Source: Candidatus Omnitrophota bacterium
Lineage (GTDB): Bacteria > Omnitrophota > Gorgyraeia > Gygaellales > JAMWDD01
Direction: 5' to 3'
Assembly: GCA_028717645.1 (NCBI GenBank)
Contig: JAQUNK010000001.1
Coordinates: 4,184 to 68,183 of the forward strand
DNA: 64,000 bases
The position numbers were made by a program, and so were the translations under genes. Of this stretch, positions 18,010 through 27,418 are shown one piece after another. Numbering within the stretch: the stretch's first letter is position 1; every line of letters starts with the position of its first letter. A model generated the notes under the pieces. The model was not told the DNA's origin. It searched no databases and worked only from the letters and a program-made list of their open reading frames with translations.

Positions 18010-18045
18010 ACCTGCAAGGATTACAATTGTAATATAAAGATATTA
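18010..18045. promoter_or_regulatory. Perfect 14-bp palindrome ATTACAATTGTAAT, nested in TTGTAA ... TTACAA arms, immediately upstream of the wHTH regulator gene. Candidate operator.
   Basis: ATTACAATTGTAAT is its own reverse complement. It lies about 10 nt upstream of the regulator ATG at 18050. Confidence 0.4.
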
Positions 18046-18049
18046 CAAA

Positions 18050-18673
18050 ATGGACTTATCCCATATTTTTAAATCCAAAACCCGCCAGGCCCTTCTGAAG
18101 CTATATTTCTGTGATTCAGATTCCTCTTACTATCTTCGAGAACTAGAACGTATTTTAGACATCCCGGTAAGCATGATCCATAAAGAGCTCTTAAGGCTAA
18201 AAGAAGAAGGGAGCTTTTTATCCATAAAGAAAGGCAACCGCAGTTATTTTTATATCAATAAATCATACCCGCTTTTCGATGAACTCAAGAATATTGTGCG
18301 TAAAACCATAGGTATCGAAGGGATAATCGAAGATGCCTTAAAAAAGATAGAAGGCATAGAAAGCGCGTATATTTACGGTTCTTTTGTTAAAAACAAAGCA
18401 AACCTGGCAAATGAAATCAACTTATTCATCATCGGCAAGCTTAGGGAGGATGTATTATCAAAAGAATTGGACTGTGTCCGGAAATTTGCAAAAAGAAAGA
18501 TCAGTTATAATCTGTATACCAAAGATGAGTTCAACAGAAAGATAGAGAAAGACTCATCCATACTTAATTTTATTAAAAGTCCCAAAATACCCCTTAAGAA
18601 CGAAAATGGCGCATATTGCGATAATAACGCCGCGAATTTTACTTATAAAAGTTTAAGGGCCGGCCATGTTTAA
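18050..18673 (+). CDS. Winged-helix DNA-binding protein fused to a degenerate nucleotidyltransferase-like domain. Putative locus regulator.
   Basis: The N-terminal wHTH (LRELERILDIPVSMIHKELLRLKEEG) resembles ArsR/MarR-type regulators. The central YGSF-x10-EIN matches the Pol-beta NTase hG[GS] ... DhD pattern, but with the acidic residues replaced. Confidence 0.5.
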   Translation: MDLSHIFKSKTRQALLKLYFCDSDSSYYLRELERILDIPVSMIHKELLRLKEEGSFLSIKKGNRSYFYINKSYPLFDELKNIVRKTIGIEGIIEDALKKIEGIESAYIYGSFVKNKANLANEINLFIIGKLREDVLSKELDCVRKFAKRKISYNLYTKDEFNRKIEKDSSILNFIKSPKIPLKNENGAYCDNNAANFTYKSLRAGHV

Positions 18674-19454
18674 ATTATTTTTAAACCGATTTAAGAAAGT
18701 ATATACATTCCGTCATGCTTTATTGGAAATGACCATAAAGCAGCTGAAGATAAAGTATGCCGGTTCTATGCTGGGGATCTGGTGGGCGGTAATTACACCT
18801 CTTATCCTTACGATGAGCATTTATTTTGTTTTTGAGAAAGTTTTTAAAGTAAATATTCCCCATAATGCATTCTTTATATTGGCGGGCATCATACCCTGGT
18901 TTTTCTTTTCTAATGCTCTTCAGGAAGCCGCAAATTCATTTATTGTCAATACACCTGTATTAAAACAGGGGATATTTCCCAGGGAACTTATCCCGATTTC
19001 AACGGTACTGGCAAATCTGCTGAATTTTCTAATAGGGCTTTGTGCGCTATTACCGTTTTTCATCTTTCTAAATATAAAGTCGTTGAACTCGCTGATCTTG
19101 TTGTTGCCTTTAATAGCATTTAATTTAATATTTATTTTGGGTCTGGGTATATTATTTTCTTGTATCAATATATTTTTTCGTGATTTTTCTCATTTTTTAA
19201 ATATCGCATTCTTGCCCTGGTTCTGGGTCACGCCGATATTCTATTCTCTGGATATGGTCCCTTTAAACCTACAGTGGATATGCAAAGCAAATCCCATGAC
19301 CTACTATATAAGTTCCTATCAAAGCATATTGATAAAAGCAGAAGCCCCGGCATTATTTACGATTTTAGTTTTGATATTTCTTTCCCTGGGTTCTTTTGTT
19401 ATTGGCTACCTATTTTTCATAAAAAATGAAAGCGTATTATTAAAAAGAGCATGA
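18666..19454 (+). CDS. wzm: ABC-2 type polysaccharide export permease (Wzm/TagG/KpsM family)
   Basis: The N-terminal IKQLKIKYAGSMLGIWWAVITPL is the ABC-2 signature. It has 6 TM helices. ATGA overlap with the ATPase gene. Confidence 0.85.
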   Translation: MFKLFLNRFKKVYTFRHALLEMTIKQLKIKYAGSMLGIWWAVITPLILTMSIYFVFEKVFKVNIPHNAFFILAGIIPWFFFSNALQEAANSFIVNTPVLKQGIFPRELIPISTVLANLLNFLIGLCALLPFFIFLNIKSLNSLILLLPLIAFNLIFILGLGILFSCINIFFRDFSHFLNIAFLPWFWVTPIFYSLDMVPLNLQWICKANPMTYYISSYQSILIKAEAPALFTILVLIFLSLGSFVIGYLFFIKNESVLLKRA

Positions 19455-22189
19455 ATACGATAATTGAATTTAATAATGTCTGGGAAAAGTATCGCGTGAA
19501 GTTTGTTAAGGATACGGATGTTTCCTGGGAAGAAGTTTGGGCCTTGCAGGACGTTAATCTTAAGATAGAGAAAGGTAAGATACTTGGGATTATCGGAGAA
19601 AACGGGGCAGGAAAGACGAGCCTTTTAAAATTGATCGCCGGCATGCTTATTCCGGATAAAGGTACCTTAAATATTTCTGGCAGGGTAGCTGCCTTAATGG
19701 AATTAGGCGCTGGTTTTAATCCGGAATTTACCGGTATAGAAAATATCAAGCTGAATGCAAGGATGTATGGCTTAAGCGAGAATGGCCTGGAAGAATGCTT
19801 AAAAAAGATCGTCGAATTCGCCGATATAGGTAAATTCATTTATGCGCCGGTAAAATACTATTCACAGGGTATGTATATGCGCCTGGCTTTTGCTTTAGCC
19901 ATATTTGTCGAGCCGGACATCCTTCTTATAGATGATATACTGGCTGTTGGCGACAAGGAAGCCCAGGCTAAATGCTTGAAAAAGATCAATGAGTTTAAAC
20001 AAATGGGCAGGACCATTATTTTAGTCAGCCATGACATGAATCTAGTGGGTAGTTTTTGCGATCGCGCTGTTCTTTTAAAGCAGGGCAAGGTCATACAGGA
20101 TGGCCCTCCGGAAAAGGCAATTTCTTCTTATATAGAAAGGGAAACAAGCAAAGACGGGCAGGCATTATTAAAAAAAGAAAGATTTAATTTCATATTTAAT
20201 AATGGTTGCATGAATTTGTCTTGCTCGGATATGCTTATAACTAAAGGCAATAACAGCACTTTTTCTTTCTTTGTACCCAAATTTAACTCTTGGTTCTGTT
20301 CTAGCGATCTCTATTGGACAACAGGAACTTCGTCCGACAGCAGTGTTAACGCCGTAGGTCGTTCCCTCGATGGGAATTTTAAACAAGCCTGGAATATCAA
20401 GGCTACAGAGGGAAACATCGTATTTCGAATAGAGACAGAAGGGGAATCAGCAGAAAAATGCTTTAATTTCTTTGTAATACCTATTTATGATAAATGGTTC
20501 ACATTGAATGAAGGAGGGCGCTTTCCTCCGTATATGCATAGGGTCAATTGGCAAGATATAGGCCTAACTAGTTTTCCTGAGAATTTTATAGGGTTGTGTT
20601 CTGCTGCGAAGGAACATGGCTTTCCCGTTATAATCTTTGAAGCAAATGATGAAGAGTCAAAAATACGGCTTTTAAACAGCGGCAGCGAGTTGGAATCAAG
20701 GATCATTCAGGTACAAACCAACAAAAATGCCTTATCGATTGGAACAAAGATCATATTTACGGAAAAAGATTTAGAAGAATATTTAAAAGTAAAAAAAGAT
20801 GCTTTTTTTCTGAAGCAAAAAGCCGAAGAAGAAAAAGCCTTGTTAGAGCAGAATGCTGAAAGAAAAAAATCTATACCCCGAAGAACCGTGTCTTCTGGAA
20901 AATTGAGCGTTTTTGCGGATGCAGAAGGCAGGTTGATCAGGCTTTATCATAACGGTAAAGAAATCACTGGCCCGGGGATGGGTATAAGTACGCCGTTTCC
21001 CATGATTTCATCCCAGTGGGGGATCAAAAAAATATCTGAAGAAGAAATGGTTGTCGAAATTCCCCGCGAAAATATGCTGGAAATATGGTCTTTATCCTGC
21101 AAGCAAGATACCCTCCAGATAAAGGTTGAGCTGGAAATAACAAAACCCATATCTTTGGTCCAAAAATTCATAAGCCTGGAACTAATAGACGAATATGCGA
21201 ATTGGAATACGGCCTATGAATCGGGAGAATTTTTAGTAAATCAATATGTAAATGATATGGGGCCGGTGAGATTAAAAGATGATAGGGTTTCGGAAGTGGC
21301 GGTTAAGCCAAAAAATAATTGCAATTTTACAACCCTGAACTTCGAGGCTGCGGATGACCAGAATAAGAAGATTTTGGGTATTTTTAAAAAAAGGAATTTA
21401 TACGGAGAATCTATTTATCTGACTTTTTCTCAGAATATTCCAGGTAGCGAACATTTTGTTGATCAGGGTAGGCGTCTTTATTTTGAAGGCAGGATTATTT
21501 TCGACAAAAAAGAAATTACGCCTAAAGAAAGGGCAGCCAGTGATGTCGCTGAATTCAGCGGGAAAAAGTTGAAATTAGCATTAGAAAGAGGAATAGGCAG
21601 GATATACTGGCAGGAGAAAGAATTGACTTCCGGATTGGGTATCTTTAGTTCGTTGCGCCATAATGGGATCTGGCATGATTCATCGCGTGCAGAATGGAAA
21701 ATAATTAAAAAAGATAAAGATAGGATTATTGTTTTTGGGGAGTGGATAAATATCCCGATTACGCAAAAATGGGATATAAAGCTAATAGACGATTCTTTGG
21801 TCTCCTGGAATGTAGATGTAGAAACCTTAAAGGAAATCTCTTTGGATATATCACAGGTTAATATTATGCTTTCTTCCGAATTCAGGCATTGGATGGCCCC
21901 CGGATCAAACCAGGGAGACTTTGCCGATGAATACCCCGAGCATTACGATATCCTTCCTTTCAGGTTCTGGTATGGACAAGCAAAAGAGATCGTATCTTTT
22001 GGAGAAAATTTACCCAGGGTTATTTTCAAGAATAATACAGATAGCGATTTTACCCGCGCCATTATAGAAAATAGCGATTATTTATATAAATCCAGATTAA
22101 TACAGTATCAAAAAACAAATAGCAAAAAATCTAATTCCGGGGATCACTATTATTTTAACGGAGCGATAAAAATTGAAAATAGCCCGTAA
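19451..22189 (+). CDS. wzt: Polysaccharide export ABC transporter ATP-binding protein (Wzt/TagH-like) with a roughly 680-aa C-terminal extension containing repeated beta-rich modules
   Basis: Walker A GENGAGKTS, signature YSQGMYMRLAFALA and Walker B LLIDDILAVGD, with Asp where Glu is expected. Two to three internal roughly 100-aa repeats follow the NBD. Confidence 0.85.
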   Translation: MNTIIEFNNVWEKYRVKFVKDTDVSWEEVWALQDVNLKIEKGKILGIIGENGAGKTSLLKLIAGMLIPDKGTLNISGRVAALMELGAGFNPEFTGIENIKLNARMYGLSENGLEECLKKIVEFADIGKFIYAPVKYYSQGMYMRLAFALAIFVEPDILLIDDILAVGDKEAQAKCLKKINEFKQMGRTIILVSHDMNLVGSFCDRAVLLKQGKVIQDGPPEKAISSYIERETSKDGQALLKKERFNFIFNNGCMNLSCSDMLITKGNNSTFSFFVPKFNSWFCSSDLYWTTGTSSDSSVNAVGRSLDGNFKQAWNIKATEGNIVFRIETEGESAEKCFNFFVIPIYDKWFTLNEGGRFPPYMHRVNWQDIGLTSFPENFIGLCSAAKEHGFPVIIFEANDEESKIRLLNSGSELESRIIQVQTNKNALSIGTKIIFTEKDLEEYLKVKKDAFFLKQKAEEEKALLEQNAERKKSIPRRTVSSGKLSVFADAEGRLIRLYHNGKEITGPGMGISTPFPMISSQWGIKKISEEEMVVEIPRENMLEIWSLSCKQDTLQIKVELEITKPISLVQKFISLELIDEYANWNTAYESGEFLVNQYVNDMGPVRLKDDRVSEVAVKPKNNCNFTTLNFEAADDQNKKILGIFKKRNLYGESIYLTFSQNIPGSEHFVDQGRRLYFEGRIIFDKKEITPKERAASDVAEFSGKKLKLALERGIGRIYWQEKELTSGLGIFSSLRHNGIWHDSSRAEWKIIKKDKDRIIVFGEWINIPITQKWDIKLIDDSLVSWNVDVETLKEISLDISQVNIMLSSEFRHWMAPGSNQGDFADEYPEHYDILPFRFWYGQAKEIVSFGENLPRVIFKNNTDSDFTRAIIENSDYLYKSRLIQYQKTNSKKSNSGDHYYFNGAIKIENSP

Positions 22190-24548
22190 TATCCATAAAT
22201 TCATAAAATACACTGGAACCGGTGGTTTATCTTATGCCTTTAGGCGAAGCATCGAGTATTTTATATTTTTGTCAAAAACCAGCTTTAGTCATCCGGGTCA
22301 GCGCATGGCGCAATGCACGGCAATCAGTTATGGCAGGATGAGATTGTCTTTTACAGAAAAATGGACGAATATTTTATGGAATGATCATCAAATAGCGAAA
22401 TTAAATACCAGCATCGAAACGCTGGGCCTCTCGATCGATTCTACTAAGGCCCGCTGGGATATCCTGGAGAAAAGCAGCAATTGCCTTAGATTAAGGTTAT
22501 CTTTCGAAGAGCTACCTCTGGCCCAGGTATGGTCTTTAAAAATAAATAACGAAAAAGAGATCAGTTGGAATATTGATCTAGAACTTTACGATTGGGTAAA
22601 TTTAGATGAATTTAGGGTGTTGCTTTTAACAAATACAAATTGTAAAAGCTGGTTTGTAGGTTTCGAAGAAGGCAATTTTATAAAACCGGATAATAATTGG
22701 CATCAGTTATATTTAAATGACCGTATCTCTGATTTGATAGGTGCCAAATTCACAGAAGGTAGCCCTTTGTCTTCTTTGGCTTTTAAGGTGGAAAATAAAG
22801 AGGCACTGCCTCTTGTGCAGAGTGCGCCGCAAAGTATGCCGGCTAACATTTTGGGTTTTAGGCTAAAGAATTTTATCCAGAACAAAGAATTTACTTCAGA
22901 ACGTTATAATTTATTCTCAGGAAATATACTTTTGTTCCAAGACGACCTCTTTTTAGATAAAAAGATAGAAAAGTCCCGCCAGGCTTATTTTTCTAATAAT
23001 TTCAATAAAATTCAAGCCGCAGAGGAAAAAAGTTTAAAAATAATTTTAACAAACCTTCCTTGGCAGAGGGATTATAAGTGGGGCGTAAGGGCAGGTTCCC
23101 GCTGGCCGCATATCAAAGACGATAGCGAACGGGATTATTTACCTTATCCGTTCTTTCTTGGCTACGCAGCTTCTTTATTAAAAAAGCATAACTTTGATAA
23201 TGTAGAATTGATCGATGCAATAGCCCAGCAACTTAGCGAAGGCGTATTTTTAAACAGGATCTTAGACAAAGATTGTGATTATTTGGTAGCCGAGACATCG
23301 ATACCTTCTTTCTGCGAAGACCTGAAACTATTGGAAAAAATCCATACATCCGGCATAAAAATAATCCTCTGCGGCCCTAATTCAGAGATCTATAAGAAAG
23401 AGTTTTTGGAAAACCATTCATTTATAGACTTTGTTCTGTTCGGCGAATATGAATTTACGCTTTTAGAATTGGTAGAATCATTACAGAAGGGAAAACAATT
23501 ATCCGGGATAAAAGGCCTTATATACAGAGAAGGGAACAATATTGTTAAAAATCCCAGAAGGGAATTGGCAAGTTTGGATCTTCTGCCTTGGCCGGAACGG
23601 GAAGATCTGGGTATGGATAGGTATCTGGATTTACCCGGGGGCATACCTTTTCCTTCCGCCCAAATGATTGCTTCCAGGGGTTGTCCTTTTGGATGCAATT
23701 TTTGCCTTTGGCCGCAGATTATCTATCAGGGTAACCAATATAGGGTAAGGAACATAACAGATGTCGTAGATGAAATGGAGTACCTGCTTGTAAAAAAAGG
23801 GTTTAAATCGGTTTATTTTGATGACGATACATTTAATATCGGCAAAGACAGGATGCTTGGGCTCTGCAGGGAGATCAAAAAGAGAAAACTAGAAAAGTTC
23901 CCCTGGGCAATAATGGCAAGGGCCGATTTAATGGATAAGGATATTTTGGAAGAAATGAAATCTGCAGGCCTGCAGGCCGTTAAATACGGCGTAGAGACGC
24001 ATAACCACAAGTTCATTAAGTACTGCAATAAAGGTCTGGATGTGGATAAGAATACCGAGATGATAAGATTAACAAAACGTTTAGGGATCAAGACGCACCT
24101 TACATTCACTTTTGGATTCCCTGGAGAAACAGAAGAAACGATCATGGATACCATACGTTATGCCTTGAGCCTGGAACCCGATTCGGTACAGTTTTCTATT
24201 CTTACGCCTTTTCCGGGAACAGCATTTTTTGAAGAACTGAAAAGCAAAGACATGATCTTAACAAGCGATTGGTCTAAGTACGACGGCCATGATGGCAGTG
24301 TTTTGAGGCACGATAACCTTACTTCCCGGGATCTGGAAAATGCAAAGAAAAAAGCATATTTATTATGGGCGGAGCAAAAAAGAAGGAAAAGAGGTATCTT
24401 GGGGGACGTGCTGAAGTTCAATGAACATTTAAGCCAATATGGGTTCAGCCGTACCCTCAACAAAACATTAGATTACCTGATATTCACCTTTTTTAAAAAG
24501 AAAAAAATATTGAACAAAGAAGATTTAAAATTAATATCAACCAACTAG
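22173..24548 (+). CDS. Class-B (B12-binding domain) radical SAM protein whose N-terminal domain is homologous to the Wzt C-terminal repeat
   Basis: B12-binding-like Rossmann segment (KIILCGPNSEIY ... LFGEYEF) and the radical SAM cluster motif ASRGCPFGCNFC (C-x3-C-x2-C). The N-terminal roughly 150 aa align with the Wzt repeats. Confidence 0.8.
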   Translation: MKIARNIHKFIKYTGTGGLSYAFRRSIEYFIFLSKTSFSHPGQRMAQCTAISYGRMRLSFTEKWTNILWNDHQIAKLNTSIETLGLSIDSTKARWDILEKSSNCLRLRLSFEELPLAQVWSLKINNEKEISWNIDLELYDWVNLDEFRVLLLTNTNCKSWFVGFEEGNFIKPDNNWHQLYLNDRISDLIGAKFTEGSPLSSLAFKVENKEALPLVQSAPQSMPANILGFRLKNFIQNKEFTSERYNLFSGNILLFQDDLFLDKKIEKSRQAYFSNNFNKIQAAEEKSLKIILTNLPWQRDYKWGVRAGSRWPHIKDDSERDYLPYPFFLGYAASLLKKHNFDNVELIDAIAQQLSEGVFLNRILDKDCDYLVAETSIPSFCEDLKLLEKIHTSGIKIILCGPNSEIYKKEFLENHSFIDFVLFGEYEFTLLELVESLQKGKQLSGIKGLIYREGNNIVKNPRRELASLDLLPWPEREDLGMDRYLDLPGGIPFPSAQMIASRGCPFGCNFCLWPQIIYQGNQYRVRNITDVVDEMEYLLVKKGFKSVYFDDDTFNIGKDRMLGLCREIKKRKLEKFPWAIMARADLMDKDILEEMKSAGLQAVKYGVETHNHKFIKYCNKGLDVDKNTEMIRLTKRLGIKTHLTFTFGFPGETEETIMDTIRYALSLEPDSVQFSILTPFPGTAFFEELKSKDMILTSDWSKYDGHDGSVLRHDNLTSRDLENAKKKAYLLWAEQKRRKRGILGDVLKFNEHLSQYGFSRTLNKTLDYLIFTFFKKKKILNKEDLKLISTN

Positions 24549-24562
24549 CATTTATTTCTGAT

Positions 24563-25813
24563 ATGGGATCTGAAGAAAAAAACATATTTACGAATATTAA
24601 AAAAGCATTACGATACATAAATTCCGGTAATTTATTTAATGATTACTGGGATATTGTAGGTATCTACAATGGCGAGTATGCCTTTACTGGCCCTTCCCAT
24701 GTGCAGATCGATTTGACATACAATTGTAATAATAATTGTATTGCCTGCTGGTGCAACTCTCCGCTTTTGGAAGAAAAAACATTGAGCGAAGCAAGGAGGA
24801 CGCAAACCCTGCCTTTGGGATTAGTCAAGAAATTATTAGACGACCTATCTGGCATGGGCACGCGGGAAATTTATTTTTCAGGCGGTGGCGAACCCTTTAT
24901 CCATCCTGCTATTATAGAAATTTTGGAGTATGCCAAGAAAAAGAAATTCATATGCTATGTAAATACTAATTTTACGTTAATCAATAGAGAGATAGCAAAG
25001 AAGATCATAGATTTAGGCATTGAGCATCTTACTGTAAGCACCTGGGCAGCTAGCCCCGGAACTTATGCCCTTACTCATCCCAATAAGAGTGAAAACACCT
25101 TTTTAGAGATACTGAAAAACTTGAAATATATGAATGAGCTTAAAGCCATTAATCCAAAGATCAAATTATACAATGTTATTTTTAATCTTAATTATCATGA
25201 ATTAAAAGATATGATCAGATTGGCGGGAGAGACTAAATCGGAATATGTAGAATTTACTTTAGTAGATACAATACCGGGTAAGACCGATAAGCTTCTTTTG
25301 GATTACAGGCAGATAAAAGAATTACAGGATATGGCTAATGAGGTTTACCGGGCCATGGATGCCGAAGGAAGCTATGGAGCGGTAAAAATATTGAATTTTG
25401 AATCATTTTTAAGGCGGATTTCTTCCGTCTCTGACCTGGCCAAGGCCACTTATGACCGCAACATCATAGATAGTATGCCTTGCTACATAGGCTGGAATTT
25501 CAGCCGGATCATGCCTAACGGTGATGTGAATGCCTGTTTGAAGGCGCATCGATTTCCCGTAGGGAATCTTTACCAAGAACGCTTTAAAAAAGTTTGGAAC
25601 GGAGAGAGGCAGCGTTATTTTCGTAAGAAAGCATTGGCCTGCGAGAAAAAAGATCCGTTTTTTAAACTTATAGGCAATGACCCTGAAACAAAAGAAGCCG
25701 GCTGTTATAAGAGCTGCGACGACTTATGCAGGAATTTACATATTCATAGCCGGATAAAATTATTAACTAAATTTAAGCAAAAGATCGTTAAGGCATTGTC
25801 CCGCTTAAAATAG
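24563..25813 (+). CDS. Radical SAM protein with a C-terminal SPASM/twitch-type Cys-rich domain
   Basis: Cluster motif YNCNNNCIAC plus a GGGEP-like FSGGGEPF. The C-terminal cysteines (CYIGWN ... NACLKAH ... CEKKD ... GCYKSCDDLC) fit auxiliary Fe-S sites. Confidence 0.75.
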   Translation: MGSEEKNIFTNIKKALRYINSGNLFNDYWDIVGIYNGEYAFTGPSHVQIDLTYNCNNNCIACWCNSPLLEEKTLSEARRTQTLPLGLVKKLLDDLSGMGTREIYFSGGGEPFIHPAIIEILEYAKKKKFICYVNTNFTLINREIAKKIIDLGIEHLTVSTWAASPGTYALTHPNKSENTFLEILKNLKYMNELKAINPKIKLYNVIFNLNYHELKDMIRLAGETKSEYVEFTLVDTIPGKTDKLLLDYRQIKELQDMANEVYRAMDAEGSYGAVKILNFESFLRRISSVSDLAKATYDRNIIDSMPCYIGWNFSRIMPNGDVNACLKAHRFPVGNLYQERFKKVWNGERQRYFRKKALACEKKDPFFKLIGNDPETKEAGCYKSCDDLCRNLHIHSRIKLLTKFKQKIVKALSRLK

Positions 25814-25823
25814 CTGAATAAAA

Positions 25824-27413
25824 ATGGATAAAGAACGAGTTCTTATTGTTATGTGCCCTATGTGGGATATTTTATATCCTCCGATAGGGATGGCGTACCT
25901 GGCTTCTTACCTGGAAAAAAAAGATATTTCTGTCGATGCCCTCGATATAAACATAGAAATATACAATAAATCAGATGAAAATATAAAGGCTTTATGGAAA
26001 TTTGAAAATTATAATCTGTGGACAAGGGAAGATTTATTCAGGGAAATAAAAAATATCCTTCAAAATGATATAGACAGGTATGTAAACGAAATAATCAAAA
26101 AAAATTATAAGATAGTAAGCTTCTCTTTATACGGCAGCAATATCCTTTTTTCAATAGAATTGGCAAGCGCCTTAAAAAAAGCAAACCCGAATTTATATAT
26201 CATATTTGGCGGTCCATCCTGTTCTTTTTTTACGGATCATCACAACCTTCCCATGAGGTTCATGCATTCTTCATTAACCGGGCGCAATTTGCTCGAGCCC
26301 GGGCTGGTAGATGCATTCGTTGCAGGTGAAGGAGAGGAAACCTTTTTAAATTTGGTCGAATCATTTTTTACAAAGAAGGTCGGATCGGTCCCGGGATCGC
26401 TGCAGTATGCCAATAGCGGATATTCAAAATTTTCCCAGCGTACCCTGATCGGCGACTTGAATACTATCCCATATCCGGCATGGGAAAAGTTGCCTTTAAA
26501 TTCATATCTCAATAACCGTATATTGCCAATATTATTCAGTAGGGGTTGTGTAAATAACTGTTCTTTCTGCAACGACTGGAAGATCTGGATGGGAAAATAT
26601 AGATACAGGTCTGCTTTGAATATTTTTGAAGAGATCAAAACAAACTTAAATAGGTTCAAGGTCAATAATTTTATATGTAATGATTTGATGTTCAACGGAA
26701 ACTTGAAAACTCTGGACGAACTAACCGGATACATAATCGATTCAAAATTAGATATTAACTGGACTGCTCAAGGCGCGATCAAGAAAGATATAACCGTCGA
26801 TTTTTTAAAAAAATTGAGAAAAAGCGGCTTTACTTCTGTAACTTATGGTGTAGAAAGCTTATCGGAGAACGTGCTCGACAAAATGCGGAAGAGATATACA
26901 TTCGCCGATATCAAGAATAATTTGATCAAAACAAAAAAAGCCGGTATCAACACATATATCAATCTGGTTATTGGTTTCCCCAACGAGAGAGAAGAGGATT
27001 TTGATGTCACAAAGCGTAGATTAAGGTCTATTAGGAGGTATCTGAGCGGAGTATCCAGCTTAAACCCCTGTTATATCACGGCAGAGGCGGATTTGGAGAA
27101 GTTCCCGCAAGATTTTTCGCTATATCTTCCCGATAAGGAATATGATTCGCAGTGGGTTTCCAGAGAATATGCCAATGATTATAATGTCAGAAAAAGAAGG
27201 GTAAGGGATATTTATAATTTTGCTAAAAAGATCGGATTAAATGTTCTATTTGTAGGTATTTACGATGGTGATGGTAGCATCAAATCTTCTAGCCGCCGTC
27301 CAAGCAATATTTTTAAATTCGCTATGCTATGCATCCTTTTCAATATTACATTATTCTATACCTTTTATTTCTGGTTGGTCGAAAAGACCAGGAATAAACA
27401 TTTTTTTAAATAA
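25824..27413 (+). CDS. Class-B (B12-binding domain) radical SAM protein
   Basis: N-terminal B12-binding-like domain and radical SAM motif FSRGCVNNCSFC. There is a C-terminal hydrophobic helix. Confidence 0.8.
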   Translation: MDKERVLIVMCPMWDILYPPIGMAYLASYLEKKDISVDALDINIEIYNKSDENIKALWKFENYNLWTREDLFREIKNILQNDIDRYVNEIIKKNYKIVSFSLYGSNILFSIELASALKKANPNLYIIFGGPSCSFFTDHHNLPMRFMHSSLTGRNLLEPGLVDAFVAGEGEETFLNLVESFFTKKVGSVPGSLQYANSGYSKFSQRTLIGDLNTIPYPAWEKLPLNSYLNNRILPILFSRGCVNNCSFCNDWKIWMGKYRYRSALNIFEEIKTNLNRFKVNNFICNDLMFNGNLKTLDELTGYIIDSKLDINWTAQGAIKKDITVDFLKKLRKSGFTSVTYGVESLSENVLDKMRKRYTFADIKNNLIKTKKAGINTYINLVIGFPNEREEDFDVTKRRLRSIRRYLSGVSSLNPCYITAEADLEKFPQDFSLYLPDKEYDSQWVSREYANDYNVRKRRVRDIYNFAKKIGLNVLFVGIYDGDGSIKSSSRRPSNIFKFAMLCILFNITLFYTFYFWLVEKTRNKHFFK

Positions 27414-27418
27414 AGAAT

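Noticed and set aside
24736-24969. 77-aa ORF in an alternate frame of the SPASM radical SAM gene
   Set aside because: It overlaps the frame that encodes the C-x3-C-x2-C motif. A hidden precursor peptide was considered, but the ORF has no leader or core features and no RBS.
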